The position numbers and the translations under genes were made by a program. Positions 12,861-27,800 of a DNA stretch of 64,000 nucleotides are shown here, piece after piece. Source of the stretch: Eledone cirrhosa (taxonomy: Eukaryota). Within the stretch, counting starts at the first letter, position 1. Every line of letters begins with the position of its first letter. Below the pieces are notes generated by a model. That model was not told where the DNA came from. It did not search any database and worked only from the letters and a program-made list of their open reading frames with translations. Where the stretch lies: contig OZ024744.1 of assembly GCA_964016885.1 (NCBI GenBank), positions 63,798,001-63,862,000 of the forward strand, in the 5' to 3' direction.

Positions 12861-15800
12861 ATATATCACAGTTGTGACATTCCTGTAGTATATATCAAAG
12901 CTGTGACATTCCTTTAGTATATATCACAGTTGTGACATTCCTCTAGTATATATCACAGGTGTGACATTCTTGTAGTATATATCACAGCAGTGACATTCCT
13001 GTAGTATATATCACAGTTGTGACATTCCTCTAGTATATATCACAGTTGTCACATTCCTGTAGTATATATCACAGTTATGACATTCCTGTTGCATATATCT
13101 CAGTTATGACCTTCCTGTAGTATATATCACAGCTGTGACATTCCTGTAGTATATATCACAGCTGTGAGATTCCTGTACTCTATATCAGTTATGACATTCC
13201 TGTAGTATATATCACAGCTGTGACATTCCTGTATATATCACAGCTGTGACATTTTGCAGTATATATCACAGTTGTGACATTTCTCTAGTATATATCAAAG
13301 CTATGACATTCCTCTAGTATATATCACAGCTGTGATATTCCTGTAGTATATATCACAGCTATGACATTCCTGGAGTATATATCACAGCTGTGACATTCCG
13401 GTAGTATATATCACAGTTATGACATTCCTGTAGTATATATCACAATTATGAGATTCATGTAGTATATATCACAGCTGCGACATTCCTATAGTATATATCA
13501 CAGTTGTGACATTCCTGTAATATATATGACAGTTGTGATATATCACAGCTGTGACATTCCTGTAGTATATATCACAGTTATGACGTTCCTGTAGTATATA
13601 TCACAGTTATTAAATTCCTGTTTATATGACAGCTGTAACATTCCTGCAGTATATATATCACAGTTATGACATTCCTGTAGTATATATCGCAGTTATGACC
13701 TTCCTGTAGTTATATCACAGTGGTGACATTCCTGTAGTATATATCACAGTTGTGACATTCCTGTAGTATATATCAAAGCTGTGATATTCCTGTAGTATGT
13801 ATCACAGTTGTGACATTCCTGTAGTATATATCACAGTCGTGACATTCCTGCAGTATATATCACAGTTGTGACATTCCTGTAATATATATCAAAGCTGTGA
13901 CATTCCTGTAGTATATATCACAGTTATGACATTCCTGTAGTATATATCACATTTGTGACCTTCCTGGAGTATATATCACAGCTGTGACATTCCTGTAGTA
14001 TATATCGCAGCTGTGACATTCCTGTACTATATATCACAGTTATGACATTCCTGTAGTATATATCAAAGCTGTGACATTCCTTTAGTATATATCACAGTTG
14101 TGACATTCCTCTAGTATATATCACAGGTGTGACATTCTTGTAGTATATATAACAGTTGTGACATTCCTGTAGTATATATCACAGGTGTGACATTCCTGTA
14201 GTATATATCACAGCTGTGACATTCTTGTAGTATATATCACAGATGTGACATTCCTGTACTATATATCACAGTTGTAACATTCCTGTAGTATATATCACAG
14301 TTGTGACATTCCTGTAGTATATATCAAAACTGTGACATTCCTGTAGTATATATCAAATTATGACATTCCTGTAGTATATATCACATTTGTGACATTGCTG
14401 GAGTATATATCACAGCTGTGACCTTCCTGTAGTATATATCACAACTGTCACATTCCTGTAGTATATATCACAGTTATGACATTCCTCTAGTATATATCAC
14501 AGCTGTGACATTACGGTAGTATATATCACAGTAATGACATTCCTGTAGTATATATCACAGTTATGACATTCCTGTACTATATATCACAGCTGTGACATTC
14601 CTGTAGTATATATCACAATTATGACATTCCTGTAGTATATATCACAATTATGATATTCCTGCAGTATATATCACAATTGTGACATTCCTCTAGTATATAT
14701 CACAGTTGTGACATTCCTGTAGTATATATGACAGTTGTGACATTCCTGTAGTATATATCACATTTGTGACATTCCTGGAGTATATATAACAACTGTGACA
14801 TTCCTGTAGTATATATCACAGTTGTGACATTCCTGTAGTATATATCACAGTTGTGACATTCCTGTAGTATATATCACAGTTGCGACATTCCTGTAGTATA
14901 TATCACCATTATGACATTCCTGTAGTATATATCACAGTTATGATATTCCTGCAGTATATATCACAATTGTGACATTCATCTAGTATATATCACAGTTATG
15001 ACATTCCTGTAGTATATATCACAGTTATGACATTCCTGTAGTATATATCACAGCTGTGACATTCCTGTAGTATATATCACAGCTGTGAGATTCCTGTAGT
15101 ATATATCACTTTTATGACATTCCTGTAGTATATATCACAGCTGTGACATACCTGTAGTATATATCACAGCTGTGACATTCTTGCACTATATATCACAGTT
15201 GTGACATTCCTGTAGTATATATCAAAGCTGTGACATTCTTCTAGAATATATCACAGTTATGACATTCCTGTAGTATATATCACATATGTGACATTCCTGG
15301 AGAATATATCACAGTTGTGACATTCCTGTAGTATACATCACAACTGTGACATTCCTGTACTATATATCACAGTTATGACATTCCTGTAGTATATATCACA
15401 GTTCTGACATTCTTGTAGTATATATCACAGTGGTGACATTCCTGTAGTATATATCAAAGCTGTGACATTCCTTTAGTATATATCACAGTTGTGACATTCC
15501 TCTAGTATATATCACAGGTGTGACATTCTTGTAGTATATATCACAGCGGTGACATTCCTGTAGTATATATCACAGTTGTTACATTCCTCTAGTATATATC
15601 ACAGTTGTCACATTCCTGTAGCATATAACACAGTTATGACATTCCTGTTGCATATATCTCAGTTATGACCTTCCTGTAGTATATATCACACCTGTGACAT
15701 TCCTGTAGTATATATCACAGCTGTGAGATTCCTGTACTCTATATCAGTTATGACATTCCTGTAGTATATATCACAGCTGTGACATTCCTGTATATATCAC

Positions 15801-18800
15801 AGCTGTGACATTTTGCAGTATATATCACAGTTGTGACATTCCTCTAGTATATATCAAAGCTATGACATTCCTCTAGTATATATCACAGCTGTGATATTCC
15901 TGTAGTATATATCACAGCTTTGACATTCCTGGAGTATATATCACAGCTGTGACATTCCTGTAGTATATATCACAGTTATGACATTCCTGTAGTATATATC
16001 ACAATTATGAGATTCATGTAGTATATATCACAGCTGTGACATTCCTATAGTATATATCACAGTTGTGACATTCCTGTAATATATATGACAGTTGTGACAT
16101 TCCTGTAATATATATCACAGCTGTGACATTCCTGTAGTATATATAACAGCGGTGACATTCATGTAGTATATATCACAGTTATGACGTTCCTGTAGTATAT
16201 ATCACAGTTATTAAATTCCTGTTTATATGACAGCTGTAACATTCCTGCAGTATATATATCACAGTTATGACATTCCTGTAGTATATATCGCAGTTATGAC
16301 CTTCCTGTAGTATATATCACAGTGGTGACATTCCTGTAGTATATATCACAGTTGTGACATTCCTGTAGTATATATCAAAGCTGTGATATTCCTGTAGTAT
16401 ATATCACAGTTGTGACATTCCTGTAGTATATATCACAGTCGTGACATTCCTGCAGTATATATCACAGTTGTGACATTCCTGTAGTATATATCAAAGCTGT
16501 GACATTCCTGTAGTATATATCACAGTTATGACATTCCTGTAGTATATATCACATTTGTGACATTCCTGGAGTATATATCACAGCTGTGACATTCCTGTAG
16601 TATATATCGCAGCTGTGACATTCCTGTACTATATATCACAGTTATGACATTCCTGTAGTATATATCAAAGCTGTGACATTCCTTTAGTATATATCACAGT
16701 TGTGACATTCCTCTAGTATATATCACAGGTGTGACATTCTTGTAGTATATATAACAGCTGTGACATTCCTGTAGTATATATCACAGCTGTGACATTCTTG
16801 TAGTATATATCACAGCTGTGACATTCTTGTAGTATATATCACAGATGTGACATTCCTGTACTATATATCACAGTTGTAACATTCCTGTAGTATATATCAC
16901 AGTTGTGACATTCCTGTAGTATATATCAAAACTGTGACATTCCTGTAGTATATATCAAGTTATGACATTCCTGTAGTATATATCACATTTGTGACATTGC
17001 TGGAGTATATATCACAGCTGTGACCTTCCTGTAGTATATATCACAACTGTCACATTCCTGTAGTATATATCACAGTTATGACATTCCTCTAGTAAATATC
17101 ACAGCTGTGACATTCCTGTAGTATATATCACAGCTGTGAGATTCCTGTACTCTATATCAGTTATGACATTCCTGTAGTATATATCAGAGCTGTGACATTC
17201 CTGTATATATCACAGCTGTGACATTTTGCAGTATATATCACAGTTGTGACATTCCTCTAGTATATATCAAAGCTATGACATTCCTCTAGTATATATCACA
17301 GCTGTGATATTCCTGTAGTATATATCACAGCTATGACATTCCTGGAGTATGTATCAGAGCTGTGACATTCCGGTAGTATATATCACAGTTATGACATTCC
17401 TGTAGTATATATCACAATTATGAGATTCATGTAGTATATATCACAGCTGCGACATTCCTATAGTATATATCACAGTTGTGACATTCCTGTAATATATATC
17501 ACAGTTGTGACATTCCTGTAATATATATCACAGCTGTGACATCCTGTAGTATATATAACAGCGGTGACATTCATGTAGTATATATCACAGTTATGACATT
17601 CCTGTAGTATATATGACAGTTATTAAATTCCTGTTGTCTATATGACAGCTGTAACATTCCTGCAGTATATATCACAGTTATGACATTCCTGTAGTATATA
17701 TCGCAGCTATGACCTTCCTGTAGTATATATCACAGTGGTGACATTCCTGTAGTATATATCACAGTTGTGACATTCCTGTAGTATATATCAAAGCTGTGAT
17801 ATTCCTGTAGTATATATCACAGTTGTGACATTCCTGTAGTATATATCAAAGTCGTGACATTCCTGTAGTATATATCACAGTTATGACATTCCTGTAGTAT
17901 ATATAACAGTTGTGAAATTCCTGTAGTATATATCACAGGTGTGACATTCTTGTAGTATATATCACAGCGGTGACATTCCTGTAGTATATATCACAGTTAT
18001 GACATTCCTGTAGTATATATATCACAGCTGTGACATTCTTGTAGTATATATCACAGATGTGACATTCCTGTACTATATATCACAGTTGTAACATTCCTGT
18101 AGTATATATCACAGTTGTGACATTCCTGTAGTATATATCAAAACTGTGACATTCCTGTAGTATATATCAAGTTATGACATTCCTGTAGTATATATCACAT
18201 TTGTGACATTATTGGAGTATATATCACAGCTGTGACCTTCCTGTAGTATATATCACAACTGTCACATTCCTGTAGTATATATCACAGTTATGACATTCCT
18301 CTAGTATATATCACAGCGGTGACATTACTGTAGTATATATCACAGTAATGACATTCCTGTAGTATATATCACAGTTATGACATTCGTGTACTATATATCA
18401 CAGCTGTGAGATTCCTGTAGTACATATCACAGTTATGACATTCCTCTAGTATATATCAGAGCTGGAAAATTCCTGTAGTATATATCACAGTTATGACATT
18501 CCTGTAGTATATATCACAGCTATGACATTACTGTAGTATATATCAGTTTTGACATTCCTGTAGTATATATCACAGTTATGACATTCCTGCAGAATATATC
18601 ACAATTGTGACAATCCTCTAGTATATATCACAGTTCTGACATTCCTGTAGTATATATCACAGTTATGACATTCCTGTAGTATATATCTGTTATGACCTTC
18701 CTGTAGTATATATCACAGCTGTGACATTCTAGTAGTATATATAACTGTTGTGACATACCTCTAGTATATATCACAGCTGTGACATTCCTGTAGTATATAT

Positions 18801-21800
18801 CACAGTTATGACATTCCTGTCGTATATATCACAGCTGTGACATTCCTGTAGTATATATCACAGTTGTGACATTCCTGTAGTATGTATAACAGTTATGAGA
18901 TTCCTGTTCTATTTATCACAGTTGTGACATTCCTGTAGTATATGTCACAGTTGTGACATTCCTAGAGTATATATCACAGTTGTGACATTCCTGGAGTATA
19001 TATCACAGTTGTGACATTCCTGTAGTATATATCAAAGCTGTGACATTCCTGTAGTATATATCACAGTTGTGACATTCCTGTAGTATATATCACAGTTATG
19101 ACATTCCTGTAGTATATATCACCATTATGACATTCCTGTAGTATATATCACAGTTATGATATTCCTGCAGTATATATCACAATTGTGACATTCCTCTAGT
19201 ATATATCACAGTTATGACATTCCTGTAGTATATATCACAGTTATGACATTCCTGTTGTATATATCTCAGTTATGACCTTCCTGTAGTATATATCACAGCT
19301 GTGACATTCCTGTAGTATATATCACAACTGTGACATTCCTGTTCTATATATCACAGTTATGACATTCCTGTAGTATATATCACAGTTGTGACATTCCTGT
19401 AGTATATATCAAAGCTGTGACATTCCTTTAGTATATATCACAGTTGTGACATTCCTCTAGTATATATCACAGGTGTGACATTCTTGTAGTATATATCACA
19501 GCAGTGACATTCCTGTAGTATATATCACAGTTGTGACATTCCTCTAGTATATATCACAGTTGTCACATTCCTGTAGTATATATCACAGTTATGACATTCC
19601 TGTTGCATATATCTCAGTTATGACCTTCCTGTAGTATATATCACAGCTGTGACATTCCTGTAGTATATATCACAGCTGTGAGATTCCTGTACTCTATATC
19701 AGTTATGACATTCCTGTAGTATATATAACAGCTGTGACATTCCTGTATATATCACAGCTGTGACATTTTGCAGTATATATCACAGTTGTGACATTTCTCT
19801 AGTATATATCAAAGCTATGACATTCCTCTAGTATATATCACAGCTGTGATATTCCTGTAGTATATATCACAGCTATGACAATCCTGGAGTATATATCACA
19901 GCTGTGACATTCCGGTAGTATATATCACAGTTATGACATTCCTGTAGTATATATCACAATTATGAGATTCATGTAGTATATATCACAGCTGCGACATTCC
20001 TATAGTATATATCACAGTTGTGACATTCCTGTAATATATATGACAGTTGTGATATATCACAGCTGTGACATTCCTGTAGTATATATAACAGCGGTGACAT
20101 TCATGTAGTATATATCACAGTTATGACGTTCCTGTAGTATATATCACAGTTATTAAATTCCTGTTTATATGACAGCTGTAACATTCCTGCAGTATATATA
20201 TCACAGTTATGACATTCCTGTAGTATATATCGCAGTTATGACCTTCCTGTAGTATATATCACAGTGGTGACATTCCTGTAGTATATATCACAGTTGTGAC
20301 ATTCCTGTAGTATATATCAAAGCTGTGATATTCCTGTAGTATGTATCACAGTTGTGACATTCCTGTAGTATATATCACAGTCGTGACATTCCTGCAGTAT
20401 ATATCACAGTTGTGACATTCCTGTAGTATATATCAAAGCTGTGACATTCCTGTAGTATATATCACAGTTATGACATTCCTGTAGTATATATCACATTTGT
20501 GACCTTCCTGGAGTATATATCACAGCTGTGACATTCCTGTAGTATATATCGCAGCTGTGACATTCCTGTACTATATATCACAGTTATGACATTCCTGTAG
20601 TATATATCAAAGCTGTGACATTCCTTTAGTATATATCACAGTTGTGACATTCTTGTAGTATATATCACAGGTGTGACATTCTTGTAGTATATATGACAGT
20701 TGTGACATTCCTGTAGTATATATCACAGGTGTGACATTCCTGTAGTATATATCACAGCTGTGACATTCTTGTAGTATATATCACAGATGTGACATTCCTG
20801 TACTATATATCACAGTTGTAACATTCCTGTAGTATATATCACAGTTGTGACATTCCTGTAGTATATATCAAAACTGTGACATTCCTGTAGTATATATCAA
20901 GTTATGACATTCCTGTAGTATATATCACATTTGTGACATTGCTGGAGTATATATCACAGCTGTGACCTTCCTGTAGTATATATCACAACTGTCACATTCC
21001 TGTAGTATATATCACAGTTATGACATTCCTCTAGTATATATCACAGCTGTGACATTACTGTAGTATATATCACAGTAATGACATTCCTGTAGTATATATC
21101 ACAGTTATGACATTCCTGTACTATATATCACAGCTGTGACATTCCTGTAGTATATATCACAATTATGACATTCCTGTAGTATATATCACAATTATGATAT
21201 TCCTGCAGTATATATCACAATTGTGACATTCCTCTAGTATATATCACAGTTATGACATTCCTGTAGTATATATCACATTTATGACATTCCTGTAGTACAT
21301 ATCACATTTGTGACATTCCTGGAGTATATATAACAACTGTGACATTCCTGTAGCATATATCACAGTTGTGACATTCCTGTAGTATATATCACAGTTGTGA
21401 CATTCCTGTAGAATATATCACAGTTGCGACATTCCTGTAGTATATATCACAGTTATGACATTCCTGTAGTATATATCACAGCTGTGACATTCCTGTAGTA
21501 TATATCACCATTATGACATTCCTGTAGTATATATCACAGTTATGATATTCCTGCAGTATATATCACAATTGTGACATTCCTGTAGTATATATCACAGTTA
21601 TGACATTCCTGTAGTATATATCACAGCTGTGACATTCCTGTAGTATATATCACAGCTGTGAGATTCCTGTAGTATATATCACTTTTATGACATTCCTGTA
21701 GTATATATCACAGCTGTGACATACCTGTAGTATATATCACAGCTGTGACATTCTTGCACTATATATCACAGTTGTGACATTCCTGTAGTATATATCAAAG

Positions 21801-24800
21801 CTGTGACATTCTTCTAGAATATATCACAGTTATGACATTCCTGTAGTATATATCACAGTTATGACATTCCTGTAGTATATATCACAGTGGTGACATTCCT
21901 GTAGTATATATCAAAGCTGTGATATGTCTTTAGTATATATCACAGTTGTGACATTCCTCTAGTATATATCACAGGTGTGACATTCTTGTAGTATATATCA
22001 CAGCGGTGACATTCCTGTAGTATATATCACAGTTGTTACATTCCTCTAGTATATATCACAGTTGTCACATTCCTGTAGCATATAACACAGTTATGACATT
22101 CCTGTTGCATATATCTCAGTTATGACCTTCCTGTAGTATATATCACACCTGTGACATTCCTGTAGTATATATCACAGCTGTGACATTCCTGTATATATCA
22201 CAGCTGTGACATTTTGCAGTATATATCACAGTTGTGACATTCCTCTAGTATATATATCAAAGCTATGACATTCCTCTAGTATATATCACAGCTGTGATAT
22301 TCCTGTAGTATATATCACAGCTTTGACATTCCTGGAGTATATATCACAGCTGTGACATTCCTGTAGTATATATCACAGTTATGACATTCCTGTAGTATAT
22401 ATCACAATTATGAGATTCATGTAGTATATATCACAGCTGTGACATTCCTATAGTATATATCACAGTTGTGACATTCCTGTAATATATATCACAGTTGTGA
22501 CATTCCTGTAATATATATCACAGCTGTGACATTCCTGTAGCTTATATAACAGCGGTGACATTCATGTAGTATATATCACAGTTATGACATTCCTGTAATA
22601 TATATCACGGTTATGACATTCCTTCAGTGTATATCACAGTTGTGACATTCCTGTACTATATATCACAGTTATGACATTACTGTAGTATATACCACAGCTG
22701 TGACATTCCTGTATATATCACAGCTGTGACATTTTGCAGTATATATCACAGTTGTGACATTCCTCTAGTATATATCAAAGCTATGACATTCCTCTAGTAT
22801 ATATCACAGCTGTGATATTCCTGTAGTATATATCACAGCTATGACATTCCTGGAGTATATATCACAGCTGTGACATTCCGGTAGTATATATCACAGTTAT
22901 GACATTCCTGTAGTATATATCACAATTATGAAATTCATGTAGAATATATCACAGCTGCGACATTCCTATAGTATATATGACAGTTGTGACATTCCTGTAA
23001 TATATATGACAGTTGTGACATTCCTGTAATATATATCACAGCTGTGACATTCCTGTAGTATATATAACAGCGGTGACATTCATGTAGTATATATCACAGT
23101 TATGACGTTCCTGTAGTATATATCACAGTTATTAAATTCCTGTTTATATGACAGCTGTAACATTCCTGCAGTATATATATCACAGTTATGACATTCCTGT
23201 AGTATATATCGCAGTTATGACCTTCCTGTAGTATATATCACAGTGGTGACATTCCTGTAGTATATATCACAGTTGTGACATTCCTGTAGTATATATCAAA
23301 GCTGTGATATTCCTGTAGTATATATCACAGTTGTGACATTCCTGTAGTATATATCACAGTCGTGACATTCCTGTAGTATATATCATAGTTATGACATTCC
23401 TGTAGTATATATCGCAGCTGTGACATTCCTGTACTATATATCACAGTTATGACATTCCTGTAGTATATATCAAAGCTGTGACATTCCTTTAGTATATATC
23501 ACAGTTGTGACATTCCTCTAGTATATATCACAGGTGTGACATTCTTGTAGTATATATAACAGCTGTGACATTCCTGTAGTATATATAACAGGTGTGACAT
23601 TCCTGTAGTATATATCACAGCTGTGACATTCTTGTATATATCACAGATGTGACATTCCTGTACTATATATCACAGTTGTAACATTCCTGTAGTATATATC
23701 ACAGTTGTGACATTCCTGTAGTATATATCAAAACTGTGACATTCCTGTAGTATATATCAAGTTATGACATTCCTGTAGTATATATCACATTTGTGACATT
23801 GCTGGAGTATATATCACAGCTGTGACCTTCCTGTAGTATATATCACAACTGTCACATTCCTGTAGTATATATCACAGTTATGACATTCCTCTAGTATATA
23901 TCACAGCTGTGACATTACTGTAGTATATATCACAGTAATGACATTCCTGTAGTATATATCACAGTTATGACATTCCTGCAGTATATATCACAATTGTGAC
24001 ATTCCTCTAGTATATATCACAGTTATGACATTCCTGTAGTATATATCACATTTATGACATTCCTGTAGTATATATCACATTTGTGACATTCCTGGAGTAT
24101 ATATAACAACTGTGACATTCCTGTAGTATATATCACAGTTGTGACATTCCTGTAGTATATATCACAGTTGTGACATTCCTGTAGTATATATCACAATTGC
24201 GACATTCCTGTAGTATATATCACAGTTATGACATTCCTGTAGTATATATCACAGCTGTGACATTCCTGTAGTATATATCACCATTATGACATTCCTGTAG
24301 TATATATCACAGTTATGATATTCCTGCAGTATATATCACAATTGTGACATTCCTCTAGTATATATCACAGTTATGACATTCCTGTAGTATATATCACAGT
24401 TCTGACATTCCTGTAGTATATATCACAGCTGTGACATTCCTGTAGTATATATCACATCTGTGAGGTTCCTGTAGTATATATCACTTTTATGACATTCCTG
24501 TAGTATATATCACAGCTGTGACATACCTGTAGTATATATCACAGCTGTGACATTCTTGCACTATATATCACAGTTGTGACATTCCTGTAGTATATATCAA
24601 AGCTGTGACATTCTTCTAGAATATATCACAGTTATGACATTCCTGTAGTATATATCACATATGTGACATTCCTGGAGTATATATCACAGTGTTGACATTC
24701 CTGTAGTATACATCACAACTGTGACATTCCTGTACTATATATCACAGTTATGACATTCCTGTAGTATATATCACAGTTATGACATTCCTGTTGTAATATA

Positions 24801-27800
24801 TCACAGTGGTGACATTCCTGTAGTATATATCAAAGCTGTGACATTCCTTTAGTATATATCACAGTTGTGACATTCCTCTAGTATATATCACAGGTGTGAC
24901 ATTCTTGTAGTATATATCACAGCGGTGACATTCCTCTAGTATATATCACAGTTGTCACATTCCTGTAGCATATAACACAGTTATGACATTCCTGTTGCAT
25001 ATATCTCAGTTATGACCTTCCTGTAGTATATATCACACCTGTGACATTCCTGTAGTATATATCACAGCTGTGAGATTCCTGTACTCTATATCAGTTATGA
25101 CATTCCTGTAGTATATATCACAGCTGTGACATTCCTGTATATATCACAGTTGTGACATTCCTCTAGTATATATCAAAGCTATGACATTCCTCTAGTATAT
25201 ATCACAGCTGTGATATTCCTGTAGTATATATCGCAGCTATGACATTCCTGGAATATATATCACAGCTGTGACATTCCTGTAGTATATATCACAGTTATGA
25301 CATTCCTGTAGTATATATCACAATTATGAGATTCATGTAGTATATATCACAGCTGTGACATTCCTATAGTATATATCACAGTTGTGACATTGCTGTAATA
25401 TATATCACAGTTGTGACATTCCTGTAATATATATCACAGCTGTGACATTCCTGTAGTATATATAACAGCGGTGACATTCATGTAGTATATATCACAGTTA
25501 TGACATTCCTGTAGTATATATCACGGTTATGACATGCCTTCAGTGTATATCACAGTTGGGACATTCCTGTACTATATTTCACAGTGATGACATTCCTGTA
25601 GTATATACCACAGCTGTGACGATCGAGTAGTATATATCACAGCTGTGACATTCTTGTAGTATATATCACAGTTGTGAGATGCCTCTAGTATATATCAAAG
25701 CTGTGACATTCCTCTACTATATATCACAGTTATGACATTCCTGTAGTATATATCACATTTGTGACATTCCTGGAGTATATATCACAGCTGTGACATTCCT
25801 GTAGTATATATCACAACTGTCACATTCCTGTAGTATATATCACAGTTATGACATTCCTGTAGTATATATCACAGTTGTGACATTCCTGTAGTATATATCA
25901 CAGTTGCGACATTCCTGTAGTATATATCACAGTTATGACATTCCTGTAGTATATATCACAGCTGTGACATTCCTGTAGTATATATCACCATTATGACATT
26001 CCTGTAGTATATATCACAGTTATGATATTCCTGCAGTATATATCACAATCGTGACATTCCTCTAGTATATATCACAGTTATGATATTCCTGTAGTATATA
26101 TCACAGTTATGACATTCCTGTAGTATATATCACAGCTGTGACATTCCTGTAGTATATATCACAGCTGTGAGATTCATGTACTATATATCACTTTTATGAC
26201 ATTCCAGTAGTATATATCACAGCTGTGACATACCTGTAGTATATATCACTGCTGTGACATTCTTGCACTATATATCACAGTTGTGACATTCCTGTAGTAT
26301 ATATCAAAGCTGTGACATTCTTCTAGAATATATCACAGTTATGACATTCCTGTAGTATATATCACAGTTGTTACATTCCTCTAGTATATATCACAGTTGT
26401 CACATTCCTGTAGCATATAACACAGTTATGACATTCCTGTTGCATATATCTCAGTTATGACCTTCCTGTAGTATATATCACACCTGTGACATTCCTGTAG
26501 TATATATCACAGCTGTGAGATTCCTGTACTCTATATCAGTTATGACATTCCTGTAGTATATATCACAGCTGTGACATTCCTGTATATATCACAGCTGTGA
26601 CATTTTGCAGTATATATCACAGTTGTGACATTCCTCTAGTATATATCACAGCTGTGATATTCCTGTAGTATATATCACAGCTATGACATTCCTGGAGTAT
26701 ATATCACAGCTGTGACATTCCTGTAGTATATATCACAGTTATGACATTCCTGTAGTATATATCACAATTATGAGATTCATGTAGTATATATCACAGCTGT
26801 GACATTCCTATAGTATATATCACAGTTGTGACATTCCTGTAATATATATCACAGTTGTGACATTCCTGTAATATATATCACAGCTGTGACATTCCTGTAG
26901 TATATATAACAGCGGTGACATTCATGTAGTATATATCACAGTTATGACATTCCTGTAGTATATATCACGGTTATGAAAATTCCTTCAGTGTATATCACAG
27001 TTGTGACATTCCTGTACTATATATCACAGTTATGACATTCCTGTAGTATATACCACAGCTGTGACAATCGAGTAGTATATATCACAGCTATGACATTCTT
27101 GTAGTATATATCACAGTTGTGAGATTCCTCTAGTATATATCAAAGCTGTGACATTCCTCTACTATATATCACAGTTGTGACATTTCTCTAGTATATATCA
27201 AAGCTGTGACATTCCTGTAGTATATATCACAGTTATGACATTCCTGTAGTATATATCACATTTGTGACATTCCTGGAGTATATATCACAGCTGTGACATT
27301 CCTGTAGTATATAATGCAACTGTGACATTCCTGTAGTATATAACACAGTTGTGAAATTCCTGTAGTATATATCACAGTTGTGACATTCCTGTAGTATATA
27401 TCACAGTTATGACATTCCTGTAGTATATATCACAGTTATGACATTCCTGTAGTATATATCACAGTTATTAAATTCCTGTTGTCTATATGACAGCTGTAAC
27501 ATTCCTGCAGTATATATCACAGTTATGACATTCCTGTAGTATATATCGCAGTTATGACCTTCCTGTAGTATATATCACAGTGGTGACATTCCTGTAGTAT
27601 ATATCACAGTTGTGACATTCCTGTAGTATATATCAAAGCTGTGATATTCCTGTAGTATATATCACAGTTGTGACATTCCTGTAGTATATATCACAGTCGT
27701 GACATTCCTGCAGTATATATCACAGTTGTGACATTCCTGGAGTATATATCACAGCTGTGACATTCCTGTAGTATATAGCGCAGCTGTGACATTCCTGTAC

